Virus record (IMG/VR): IMGVR_UViG_3300031720_000004
Coordinates: 1-52,877 of that record
Length of the DNA: 52,877 nucleotides
From: a virus
Taxonomy: Duplodnaviria > Caudoviricetes
Strand: one strand, 5' to 3'
Under the pieces are notes generated by a model. It made no database searches, was not told the DNA's origin, and worked only from the letters and a program-made list of their open reading frames with translations. The translations under genes were made by a program, and so were the position numbers. Positions 17,598-26,284 of the stretch are shown here, in pieces (the stretch's first letter is position 1; every line of letters begins with the position of its first letter).

Positions 17598-17780
17598 GTA
17601 GCAGAGAACGAACTAACGGTGACGCAGCGTACGGGCGCGAAGCCCGAACAGATCGAGATTGAGGATGTCGGTGGCGGGGTGACTTCCGACGACAAGGAAG
17701 CCGCGCGCCGCGGGCTTACCCAACCGCCGTCGCGCTCGGATTCTTCATCAACTCCGCCTGAACCGAAGGAATCCGATTAA
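17598..17780 (+). CDS. Small acidic protein on the opposite strand, probable GTA start; candidate immunity partner
   Basis: GAGGG-ttca-GTA then (M)AENELTVTQRTGAKPEQIEIEDVGGGVTSDDKEAARRG...KESD*. Purine-rich, coding-like codons on + in a region otherwise coded on the minus strand. Confidence 0.55.
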   Translation, partial: VAENELTVTQRTGAKPEQIEIEDVGGGVTSDDKEAARRGLTQPPSRSDSSSTPPEPKESD

Positions 17781-20709
17781 GCCGGTCCACGATGACAGCC
17801 ATGTTGCTGTCGATCGTCGCCTTCGGCATACCCTGGTCGTTCCAAGCCTGACGCAGCATCTGCAGCGTGTCGTGACTCACCTGGCTGCGTAGGTCGCCCA
17901 GCGCCTTCGCCGCGTCCGCGTTGGTCATCCGCCCGAACACGTTCTTGGCCTGCTCGTTGCCGCTGACGCCGCTCTTGGGGTCTGCGACACCGCGCATCGT
18001 GAACGGCTCTGACCACGCGCCGCCGACCTTCCAGTCAGGCTTGGCGGAACCCTGCGCGCGGAACGCCATGCCCGCGCCCTGGTCGATGCGCGTCGTGCCG
18101 CCCGAAGGATGGACGGCAAGGTTGTCGTGCGCCAGACCCAGCGCATCGCGGTTGGAAAGCAGCGCATCCGTGGCCCAGAGCTTCTGAGCATCGCGCGCGG
18201 CCCCGCCGCTCAGCTGCGTGCCAGCGGCTTCGGCGGCTTGCGTCTGCCACTGGCCTGCGCTCAGGTTCTTCAGCCCGGCGATGTTCTGGCTGACCACGTA
18301 CGCCTGGCCGTTGGCCTTGTCCTGTGCGATGTACGTGGACGGAACGTCCTTGCCCGCCTGCGCCTTGCCCAGTATCTGGTACGCAGTGTTGGTGGCGACT
18401 TCGTTCTGCGCCCGTTCCATGGACATCGGCTTGGTGTAGACCAGCCCTTCCTTGGTGTTGTACCAGTCGCCGGGCTGCGAGCCGTGCGGCCCGTCAACCT
18501 TGACCGCTCCAGCGATGACGCCCTGCACGTCCTTGACGGCGGGGTTGTTGTAGGCCGGGTTGTTCGCGGGGCCACTGATCGGGATCTTCGTCTCGGAGAG
18601 CGAACCGGCCACGTCTGGCTGTGAAGCCTTGACCGCGCCAGTCGTTCCGAGGTAGCGCAGCCGGTAGTTGTTGCCCGACTTGCTCAGAACTTCGAACCGG
18701 CTCTCGCGCGGGAGCAGGAACTCCGCTTCGCCCTCGCCGTAGGAAGTCAGGCCCGTGCCCATCAGGAACAGACCGGGCGAACCCTTCGGGACTTCGATGG
18801 TCAGCGGCTTGCCGCCACCCGTGTCACCAGTCGGGTACAGGCTCGTGCTCACGTAGCCGTGGTCCACGAACTTGCCGCCTACTTCGCACTGGCCGATCTT
18901 CGCGAGGACGCTGGAGTCGACTGTGCGTCCGACGATGACGTTCTCCGTGGAGGACGCCTGGCCCAGCGCGGTGTCCATGTGTTCGATGCGCTGCTCGTCG
19001 GTCTTGCTGAACACGCCGCTGCGCAGCGAACCGTTGATGTGGCTGTACCAGCTGCCTGTGTATGCCTGAATGGCCTGCTTGGCGGTGCTGGTCATCTTGG
19101 CCTGCGACGCGCTTGAGGTCATGCGTACGCGCTGGCCTGCGCCGCTCGTGACGTTGAACTTCAGTTGCGTCTCGTACTTGATCTCGGCGGGCTTCGGCGA
19201 GTACTGCACCGGGGCGGGCTTGAGTGGATCGTTCGGCACGACGAGATTCGCGCCCGGCTTGCCTGCGCCAACCGTTGCTCCGACGACCGGCGTCAGAGAA
19301 CCCGTGGGCTTGTCGCTCATCAGCTCGGAGGCGACCGCGGGCGAGATGGACGGGCCGGTCAGAGGCTTGGCCCCGCCGCCGTACACCAGTCCTTGAGAGG
19401 CGAAGAACTGGCCCGCGGGCGAATCCGGCTTGATGCCGTGGTCCAGACCGGGCAGCTTCTCGCCCGTCTGGTAGGACTGCAGGAACGCGTGGAAGGAACC
19501 CGTGTGGCCGGGGAACTTCTCGTTCCAAGCCGCCTGTATCTGCATCGGCGTCGGGTTGACACCGGGGCCGACTTGCGGATGCGACGGCACCGCGGAGCCA
19601 ACTTGGTGCATCTGCCCGGCCTTGGGTGGCGGCTCAGCGGGAATCGCCGCGCCGGGCGGGATGACCTTCGTGCCCGTACGCGCGGTCCAGCCTTGCGCGT
19701 GGGCATGCTGGATGGCAGCAGTCCGTGTCGGGAACTTCTGCTGCACCACCATCTGGTTGGCGTCCTTATGCTGGATGCGCCACTTGCCGTCCGACCACTG
19801 CCGGATACGCACATGGTCACCGGCCTTGGGCGCGGGCACCTTGCCGCCGCCGCCAGTCTTACCGCCGCCGCTCCCAAACTCGCCCTGCGCGTTGCGCGGC
19901 TGGTCCTCGCTGTACTTCAGCGCCGCCGCAGTGCTGTGTCCGTTCATGCGCACGGGCGTCTGGTTCACCGCGGGGAAGTGCGTCAGCAGCTGGGGCCAGG
20001 ACTTGACGCGGATGACGTTCGCGTTCGTCTGGACATCCTGGTTCCAGGGCCGATCCAGCAAGTAGACCACCACGCCGGGCCGGGGCAAGTCCTCGGTGCG
20101 CTTGGGGTTGTCATCGAAGAACACCATCGGGTTGTCCGGCGATGCCGTTTCAGCCAGACGCTCCTTCTCGCCCTCGCCGATGCGGATGTCGTCGTACTGG
20201 ATGCCCTGCTCCGCCAGCCACTCCTTGCTGATCTGCAGCAACTCCGGCTCGCGGTCGCTCGCGATGGTGACGTTGTAGCCGCCGCTGCGCAGTGACCAGA
20301 GCGCCCAGATCGCGTCCTCATAGGGAGGCAGGTCGACCAGGAAGATGGGGTCGTGCTTGTGCTTCTCGTACCACTTGCGGATCTTCTTGTCCGGACACCA
20401 GTCCATGTTCCGCTCGGTCATGTCGTGGTAGCGGAAGTGTGTGTCGAACTTGCTGTTGATGGCGACGAGCGCCGGTAGGTCGCGCTCGGCCAGCGTTCCA
20501 TCGATATCACACACAACCCGCGGCTTCGAGAGTTCCGCAGCGAAAGCCCTGTAGGGGATGTCCGCGTCCAGCGCGATCTTGGCGTTCTGAAGAACTACGT
20601 CGGGCGGAATCCCCGCCGCAAGCGCCGCGTTGTACAGCTGCGTGACCGTGATGTGACGCGCATCGAGGTGTGGATCACGCGGCTTCCGGCAGCCGCAAGT
20701 AGCGCACAC
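17716..20709 (-). CDS. Multidomain head-associated effector: Cys knuckle, HAD 5'(3')-nucleotidase-like, VIP2-type ADP-ribosyltransferase, HipA/PI3K-like kinase
   Basis: CATCGC; DIDGTL...FDDNP...LDRPWN; QPRNAQGEFGSGG; YT..Y..IN..LR...VGR...YVSTS...EAEFLLPR; YTK...NEV...DALLSNRD...DN...RIDQG...FRAQG. Confidence 0.8.
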   Translation of the reverse strand: MCATCGCRKPRDPHLDARHITVTQLYNAALAAGIPPDVVLQNAKIALDADIPYRAFAAELSKPRVVCDIDGTLAERDLPALVAINSKFDTHFRYHDMTERNMDWCPDKKIRKWYEKHKHDPIFLVDLPPYEDAIWALWSLRSGGYNVTIASDREPELLQISKEWLAEQGIQYDDIRIGEGEKERLAETASPDNPMVFFDDNPKRTEDLPRPGVVVYLLDRPWNQDVQTNANVIRVKSWPQLLTHFPAVNQTPVRMNGHSTAAALKYSEDQPRNAQGEFGSGGGKTGGGGKVPAPKAGDHVRIRQWSDGKWRIQHKDANQMVVQQKFPTRTAAIQHAHAQGWTARTGTKVIPPGAAIPAEPPPKAGQMHQVGSAVPSHPQVGPGVNPTPMQIQAAWNEKFPGHTGSFHAFLQSYQTGEKLPGLDHGIKPDSPAGQFFASQGLVYGGGAKPLTGPSISPAVASELMSDKPTGSLTPVVGATVGAGKPGANLVVPNDPLKPAPVQYSPKPAEIKYETQLKFNVTSGAGQRVRMTSSASQAKMTSTAKQAIQAYTGSWYSHINGSLRSGVFSKTDEQRIEHMDTALGQASSTENVIVGRTVDSSVLAKIGQCEVGGKFVDHGYVSTSLYPTGDTGGGKPLTIEVPKGSPGLFLMGTGLTSYGEGEAEFLLPRESRFEVLSKSGNNYRLRYLGTTGAVKASQPDVAGSLSETKIPISGPANNPAYNNPAVKDVQGVIAGAVKVDGPHGSQPGDWYNTKEGLVYTKPMSMERAQNEVATNTAYQILGKAQAGKDVPSTYIAQDKANGQAYVVSQNIAGLKNLSAGQWQTQAAEAAGTQLSGGAARDAQKLWATDALLSNRDALGLAHDNLAVHPSGGTTRIDQGAGMAFRAQGSAKPDWKVGGAWSEPFTMRGVADPKSGVSGNEQAKNVFGRMTNADAAKALGDLRSQVSHDTLQMLRQAWNDQGMPKATIDSNMAVIVDRLNRIPSVQAELMKNPSATAVG

Positions 20710-20727
20710 GGCTGCCCTCCTTAGCCG

Positions 20728-21171
20728 TTACTTAGCAGCCGGTTCGGCGACTTCTGCCTTGGCTTCCTCGGCGGGCTTGGCCGCGCCTTTCTTCTTCGCG
20801 GCCTTGGCCGCGCGCGCCGCGTTGAGCCGAGCCACTCGGTCGGCCTTGCTCTCCTTCGGCTTCTTCTCGGGCTTGGCTTCCGGCTCGGCTTCGGCTGCCG
20901 CCTTGGCCTCTGCAGGAGCTTCGCGCCCGTCGCTGCTTGGAACGAAGGCAGCCGGGTCGTCGATTGCCTGCATCACCGGGCCGACCATCTGGTACACGTA
21001 CTTGTGCTGGTGAATGCCGTCGTTGAGGACAGCCGTCACCGCGGCCTTGACTGCGGCCTTGTCCACGCTGGTGGCCTTCACTGCCTTGGCGTGACGCGCG
21101 GCCTCGGCGTCGTTCTCCGCCTCGATCTTCTTGTCCGCGGCCTTGGTCGCTTCAAGTTCCTTGTCTGCCAA
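20728..21171 (-). CDS. Ala/Lys-rich hypothetical protein
   Basis: AGGAGG-gttca-TTG; low-complexity AK/EP-rich sequence. Confidence 0.7.
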   Translation of the reverse strand: MADKELEATKAADKKIEAENDAEAARHAKAVKATSVDKAAVKAAVTAVLNDGIHQHKYVYQMVGPVMQAIDDPAAFVPSSDGREAPAEAKAAAEAEPEAKPEKKPKESKADRVARLNAARAAKAAKKKGAAKPAEEAKAEVAEPAAK

Positions 21172-21180
21172 TGAACCCTC

Positions 21181-22044
21181 CTATGGTTGTGCCTGGCCCT
21201 GCGCCCGGCGAATGAACAGGACGATCTGCACGAGGATGAACGAGATGACGCTCCAGAGATCCGCGGGCGGGTTCGGGAGCGGAGTGGGGACGGGCGACGG
21301 CACAGGCGGCACAGGAGCCGGAGGCGGAGCAACGAACTCCGTGTCCACCGTCGCTCCGTGTGCATCGATCACCGCAAACAGCAGCCCGACGTGCGATGCG
21401 GCGAACGCCTTGGCCTGGGCCACAGCTGCGTCGTAGAGCAAGCCCGTCGCGAGGACTGCGTTGCCCTGGGACACGCTGTACACCGGAGGCGGAGGCGGAG
21501 GTGCGGGCGCTGGCGGCGGAGGTGGCGGGGCCGGGGCGGGCTTGATGTGCTTGACCGTCATGGTCTTGTGCACATTGGCCGAGCCACCGTAGCCAGCCAG
21601 CGCGCGCGGGATGCCTCCCTCGGGGTCGCCGATGATGGAGCCGTCAGCCGTCCAGCCCAGCACGAAGTGCGTCACGACGTTCATCTTCCAGAGCGGGCTG
21701 TAGCCGCTGATGAACAGGATCACGTAGGTGTCGGCGCTGGGCACCGCGGCCTTGATGATGTCGGCGCGGAAGCCCGCGTAGCTGGTCGTGACGTACTCGC
21801 CGGGGTACAGCTTGTCCAGCGTGTTGTCCGCGAGGAGGTCGTACGTCCCGGTGCTGTCCTTGACGTACAGCTTCTTCGCGTCCAGCAGCGCATCCAGCGC
21901 GGGCGGTGTCGTCGGGTGTCCGGTGTCGTTGAGGATGGCCGCGAAGTCCGACTCCAGACAGCCGTACTGGCAGATCGTGCCGGGCGCAGACCACCCGAGC
22001 GCGTGACCTGCCCACTGCGGATCGCACTGGTTGAACAGCTTCAT
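21181..22044 (-). CDS. C39-like cysteine peptidase with Pro-rich linkers and a C-terminal transmembrane helix (candidate lysin)
   Basis: NQCDPQW...TICQYGC...THFVL...IGDP Cys/His/Asp pattern; LWSVISFILVQIVLFIRR tail. Confidence 0.7.
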   Translation of the reverse strand: MKLFNQCDPQWAGHALGWSAPGTICQYGCLESDFAAILNDTGHPTTPPALDALLDAKKLYVKDSTGTYDLLADNTLDKLYPGEYVTTSYAGFRADIIKAAVPSADTYVILFISGYSPLWKMNVVTHFVLGWTADGSIIGDPEGGIPRALAGYGGSANVHKTMTVKHIKPAPAPPPPPPAPAPPPPPPVYSVSQGNAVLATGLLYDAAVAQAKAFAASHVGLLFAVIDAHGATVDTEFVAPPPAPVPPVPSPVPTPLPNPPADLWSVISFILVQIVLFIRRAQGQAQP

Positions 22045-22226
22045 GCTTTCGCCTCCACTTCGATTTCATCCGCCATCCGCGTCAGCGCGCGGGCCGAATC
22101 CTGCAGGTTCACCGCGGCTTCCGCGAACACTTCGGCCAGACCGTTCAGTTCCTTGGCGGCCTTGAGTGCGCGCTCCGCCACGCGCTTGATCTCGATGACT
22201 CCGACCGGCTTCTTCTTCCGCGTCAC
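22041..22226 (-). CDS. Small coiled-coil protein
   Basis: GTGA-coupled start MTRKKKPVG; the stop overlaps the next ATG. Confidence 0.6.
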   Translation of the reverse strand: MTRKKKPVGVIEIKRVAERALKAAKELNGLAEVFAEAAVNLQDSARALTRMADEIEVEAKA

Positions 22227-22597
22227 GGCTGCGGGTTCAACGTCAGAGGGATGGGGTCGCTGGTGATCTTCTTGCCGCTGATCGTGGCGATCGCGAACAC
22301 CTGGTACTGCGAAGGTATCGAGACAGGGACGCTGCTGATCAGCCCGCCCACCACATCGTTGGCGTTCCATGTGTAGTTGAGCAGCCCGTCCGTGCCGTTG
22401 GTGGCGTACGTGAACGTGCCTGTGCCAACGATGCGCGTCACGCCCGGCTGATCCACGCCCGGCTTGGGCTTGAGGATCACCTGGAACGCCGACGACAGGT
22501 TCTGGCCGGAGATGTCGATCACCGCGCCTACGTCGTTCTGGAACAGAAACTGGGCCTGGGGCAACAGGTCGCCCACAGTGCGCGGGGAGAAAGGCAA
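22223..22597 (-). CDS. BppU N-terminal-like beta-sandwich protein
   Basis: GDLLPQAQF...IDISG...DGLLNYTWNANDV...YQV pattern recognised by eye. Confidence 0.55.
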   Translation of the reverse strand: MPFSPRTVGDLLPQAQFLFQNDVGAVIDISGQNLSSAFQVILKPKPGVDQPGVTRIVGTGTFTYATNGTDGLLNYTWNANDVVGGLISSVPVSIPSQYQVFAIATISGKKITSDPIPLTLNPQP

Positions 22598-22601
22598 TTC
22601 T

Positions 22602-25073
22602 TTACCTCATGCGTAGGATCGTGAAGCCCTCGCGCACCAGCGCGATGACCTTGCCGGAGCGGACCTTGGCGTATGTGAAGCCCTCGCGGACGACGGCTGA
22701 GACCTTGCCGCCGCGCACCTTGGCGACCGTGTATCCCTCGCGTACCCGCGCGATGACCTGCTCGAAATACTGCTTGAACGGGGTGTAGATGCGGGCGAGG
22801 TTGCCGACGAAGCTCAGCGTGGCCGTCAGCGTCCGATGGAATGTCCCGACACGAGAGAACGCCCCGCTGAAGCTCAATGCTCCGGCGATCTGCTTCCGTG
22901 TCTGCCGCACCTGCGCGCCTACAAAGCTCAGCGCCGCGGCAAGCTGCTTGCTTGTGCTGCGCTGCATGGCTCCGGTGAACGAGAGAACTCCGGAGAGCGT
23001 CTTGCCAATCGCATGCACCGCCGCCAGCGCGCCGTTGAAGGACAACGTCCCCGTCAGCGCCTGGGACAGATGCTTGCCGTTCACGATTGCGCCGTTGAAC
23101 GAAAGCGCCGCGGCTGCCAACAGCTTGCTCGTTCGTGTGTTCAGAGCGCCCGTGAAGCTCAGTGTCGCGGTCATGCTCTTCGCGACCCGGCGAGCCAACG
23201 CGCCCGTGAAGGACAGCGCTCCGGTGAGCTGCTTGCCCAACGCGCGCGTCTGCGCGCCTGTGAACGAGAGCGCGGCTGTCAAGTGGTATGCCGTGCTCTT
23301 GAGCAACGCTCCGGTGAAGCTCAGTGCGCCAGACAGCGCCTTGAGGAACAAGTGGCTGCTCGCCAACGCTCCAGTGAAGGACAGCGAGGCAGCGGCCAAC
23401 GCCTTGACGTTCGCCTTGATCAGCGCACCTGTGAAGGACAACGCCGCGGTCAGGTGGTAGCTGACGGCCTCCTGGTCCGCGCCTGTGAAGGACAGCCCGG
23501 CTGTCATCTGTTTGGCGTTGGCGTTCTTGATCGCACCGCTGAAGCTCAGCGATGCCGTCAGAGCCTGTTGGAACAGCGTACCCGTGGACGGCGGAATCGT
23601 AGGCGGCGCGGTCCAGCGGTAGCGGCCCTGGTAGGGCAGGATGTAGAAGTTCCGCCCGCGTACGCGCGGCTCCGAGTACCAGGCTCCTACCGGGCCTTGG
23701 CCTACAGCGAAGGCGGCGTTGATCACGCCCCACGATTGCGCCGAGCCAAGGACCACTGTGGAGTCGTACGGATCGACGCCCGTGGCGATGGTGTACCCGA
23801 TGGTCACACGCCCGTTGGTGTTGCCGTTGGACCCCAGGTTGTACGGAGCCGCCATCTGCAGCGATGCAGCCGAGGCAGAAGCGTGGTACATGATCACCAG
23901 CGAACCGCGCGGAGGTCGCACGGCGAAGCCCGGCGCTCCTTGTGCCACGCCCAGCGGGGAGTTGGCCAGCGTGGCCGTCGCCACCTGCGTGGAAGACCAG
24001 CCGCGGAACACATCCGCTGCGAACGCCGACAGCACGACCGCGGCGTACGGCGTGAACCACAACACGGTGCCCAGAGGCAGGTCGACCGGAGTGACGTAGG
24101 CAAAGGCCTGCGTGTACCGCGAGGAGGAGTTGCTGTTCTGCTCCTCGCCGATCGTCGGGAAAGGCACCCCGTTGACACTGTCGTACACCGACATGCCGTT
24201 GGCGACGTGGGTGCCGTTGGAGGCACCGACCACCACAATGAGGTCGCCCGCCAAACACGCCACGCCCAGCGATACGCTGTACGGCCCGGTGACCGCGGAG
24301 TTGGCATTGATGGAGGCAGAGTTGACGCGGCCCGCTGGTCCGAGCTGAGATGAGACGGTGGGCGTGACCAGCCGGTAGCGGCCCGAGTACAACGGGCGGT
24401 AGATGGAAGGCCGCGGTGGCGGAGTGTAGAAGCTCGGCCCGCGGTCGGTGGCGTAGACGCAGAGCGCCGCGCCCCAAGCTACCGAATCTCCCAGCGTCCA
24501 CGCGATGGACTGCGAGCCACCACCAGCGATGATCGCATCCGCCATCGCCATCGGCCAGAAGGAGGAGCCGTTGGTGTTGCGCGCCTGCTCCGTGAACGTC
24601 GGGCCGGAGTTGAACGTGATCGTCTCGGGATTGAGCGCACTGGCGTCCGAGAAGCCGCCGAAATAGATCGATCCTTCAGATCCGCCCGCTGCTCCGGTTG
24701 AGACCGCGGTCCCAGTGGCGCCGCCGTTGTTGGTGGCGACCGGCCCGCCCGTAGCCGCGCCGATGTACTCGATGCCGATGACCTGGATCGTCCCGGCCAC
24801 CTGCACGTTCACCGTCACCTGGTACGCGCCCGCCGCGGGCAGCGAGATGTTGTCCGCGTGGTAGATGTGGACGCCCTTGCCCGCGAGAGTGCTCTTGTCC
24901 AGCGTGTAGGTGGTGGGCGTGACCCCGTTGTCTACGACAGAGGTCGGGACTGACGCGCACTGCACGAAGAGCAGAACCTTGCTGCCCGCCGTGGGATTCG
25001 TGCCCCAAGAGGTCGCGAGGCTCGTCCCTGACCCGACTTGGGCCAGAGTGCTGATCTGGCCTCTGGAGGCCAC
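22602..25073 (-). CDS. Large fibre-like virion protein with tandem repeats
   Basis: 823 aa: two beta-rich domains, 14 LxxxLSFxGA repeats and five xxVRxG repeats. Confidence 0.7.
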   Translation of the reverse strand: MASRGQISTLAQVGSGTSLATSWGTNPTAGSKVLLFVQCASVPTSVVDNGVTPTTYTLDKSTLAGKGVHIYHADNISLPAAGAYQVTVNVQVAGTIQVIGIEYIGAATGGPVATNNGGATGTAVSTGAAGGSEGSIYFGGFSDASALNPETITFNSGPTFTEQARNTNGSSFWPMAMADAIIAGGGSQSIAWTLGDSVAWGAALCVYATDRGPSFYTPPPRPSIYRPLYSGRYRLVTPTVSSQLGPAGRVNSASINANSAVTGPYSVSLGVACLAGDLIVVVGASNGTHVANGMSVYDSVNGVPFPTIGEEQNSNSSSRYTQAFAYVTPVDLPLGTVLWFTPYAAVVLSAFAADVFRGWSSTQVATATLANSPLGVAQGAPGFAVRPPRGSLVIMYHASASAASLQMAAPYNLGSNGNTNGRVTIGYTIATGVDPYDSTVVLGSAQSWGVINAAFAVGQGPVGAWYSEPRVRGRNFYILPYQGRYRWTAPPTIPPSTGTLFQQALTASLSFSGAIKNANAKQMTAGLSFTGADQEAVSYHLTAALSFTGALIKANVKALAAASLSFTGALASSHLFLKALSGALSFTGALLKSTAYHLTAALSFTGAQTRALGKQLTGALSFTGALARRVAKSMTATLSFTGALNTRTSKLLAAAALSFNGAIVNGKHLSQALTGTLSFNGALAAVHAIGKTLSGVLSFTGAMQRSTSKQLAAALSFVGAQVRQTRKQIAGALSFSGAFSRVGTFHRTLTATLSFVGNLARIYTPFKQYFEQVIARVREGYTVAKVRGGKVSAVVREGFTYAKVRSGKVIALVREGFTILRMR
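22801..23565 (-). repeat. 14 coding tandem repeats of 18-21 aa (LTAALSFTGAL-type)
   Basis: Counted in the translation; recurring CCGTGAAG/CCGGTGAA-like DNA units on +. Confidence 0.85.
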
Positions 25074-25079
25074 GGGAGA

Positions 25080-25865
25080 TTAGTTCCAGCCGAAGACGAA
25101 CAGCTGCAACAGCTGGATCTGGTTGGATGCGTTGGACGCGGAGCAGGCCGCGTTGAAGTTGATGAAGTTCACGATGCTGATGTCGAATGTTGCCACTGTG
25201 CCCGGCTGGGCCGCGCCGCCCCACAGAGCGTAGATGTTGCCGCCCAGAGGCGCGGCCTGCGCCGCGAATCCAGGACTCTGGATACACCCGGAGCCACGCA
25301 GCGTGGAGTTCGCGCCTGCGGCTGCCACCGTGACCATTGAGACTTCGCCTTCGAACTCCCATATGGCGTTGGTGACGGCAGCGGTGGATGTGCCGATGGT
25401 GATGGCCGCAGACCCTAGCACGATGGGGCCGGTGATGCCCGAAGCACCCAGCCGCAGTGTCCATGTGAAGGTCGGGTTGGTGGCGGTGACGTCGCTGACG
25501 AGGCCGCGGGCGCGGAAGCCCAGCGTCTTTCCGATGGACAACTGAGGGTCGGCGTCGAAGTAGTACGGGTTGAGCTTGGCCTGCGGGCCTGTCGTCGCGC
25601 CTGCGTTGTTGATGCCCTGCTCTGTCGTGAAGGTGTTCACCGCGGTGAAGGCCGCGGCGTTCTTGTAGAGCAGGTCGGCGGGGATGGGCGATGTGAATCC
25701 GCCCGGCCCCGGCTTGTTGCGGCCCGAAGGCACCTTGATGACGGAGCCGTTCCTGGTGATGAAGGTGTACTTCATCGCTTCGTAGGCTTCGCGCTCCGCG
25801 TCGGGATAGACCAGCGCCCGCTCGGCGTGGTGTAGGTCGTCGAGGCTGTACGTGGCGATGCTCAT
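25080..25865 (-). CDS. Putative virion structural protein
   Basis: 261 aa, Ala/Thr/Gly-rich and beta-like; coupled to its neighbours. Confidence 0.55.
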   Translation of the reverse strand: MSIATYSLDDLHHAERALVYPDAEREAYEAMKYTFITRNGSVIKVPSGRNKPGPGGFTSPIPADLLYKNAAAFTAVNTFTTEQGINNAGATTGPQAKLNPYYFDADPQLSIGKTLGFRARGLVSDVTATNPTFTWTLRLGASGITGPIVLGSAAITIGTSTAAVTNAIWEFEGEVSMVTVAAAGANSTLRGSGCIQSPGFAAQAAPLGGNIYALWGGAAQPGTVATFDISIVNFINFNAACSASNASNQIQLLQLFVFGWN

Positions 25866-26284
25866 TCAGCCACCTTCAGCCCGCGGCGTCGCAAGGCTGC
25901 GTGCAGCTGCAGCAGCTCGATGTCTGCGCCCGGCGCGGCGAGAGCGCCGCCGTCGATCGAATCCGCCTTGGCCTGCGTCATGAACACGGTCTGACCCGGC
26001 GAGTAGCGCGTCGGCGGCACATCGCACGGGAACATGCCCAGCGACGGCCCGCCCTCGCGCGTCCCTCCGCACACAGGGCAGAGGATGAAGGAGCCGTCCT
26101 TCTGTGGCACCATGCCTCCCCGCGCGCCCGGTACGAGTTCCGGGTCGCAGGAAGCGCAGGGAGCGAAGTGCTCGTGCTGGCCTTCCTCGCAGTGCGGGAT
26201 CTCGATTGCGTCAACGACCGTGAACGAGACCAGATCCAGGACGGGCGGTTCTGGCGTCGGAGCCTTCTTCTTGGTGGCGGCCAT
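25862..26284 (-). CDS. Hypothetical protein with CxxC...CxxCGG
   Basis: 140-aa ORF coupled at both ends. Confidence 0.6.
   Translation of the reverse strand: MAATKKKAPTPEPPVLDLVSFTVVDAIEIPHCEEGQHEHFAPCASCDPELVPGARGGMVPQKDGSFILCPVCGGTREGGPSLGMFPCDVPPTRYSPGQTVFMTQAKADSIDGGALAAPGADIELLQLHAALRRRGLKVAE

Noticed and set aside
22801-23565. DGR template/variable repeats or a mobile repeat
   Set aside because: These are degenerate in-frame protein repeats without adenine-specific variation, and no reverse transcriptase is in the window.
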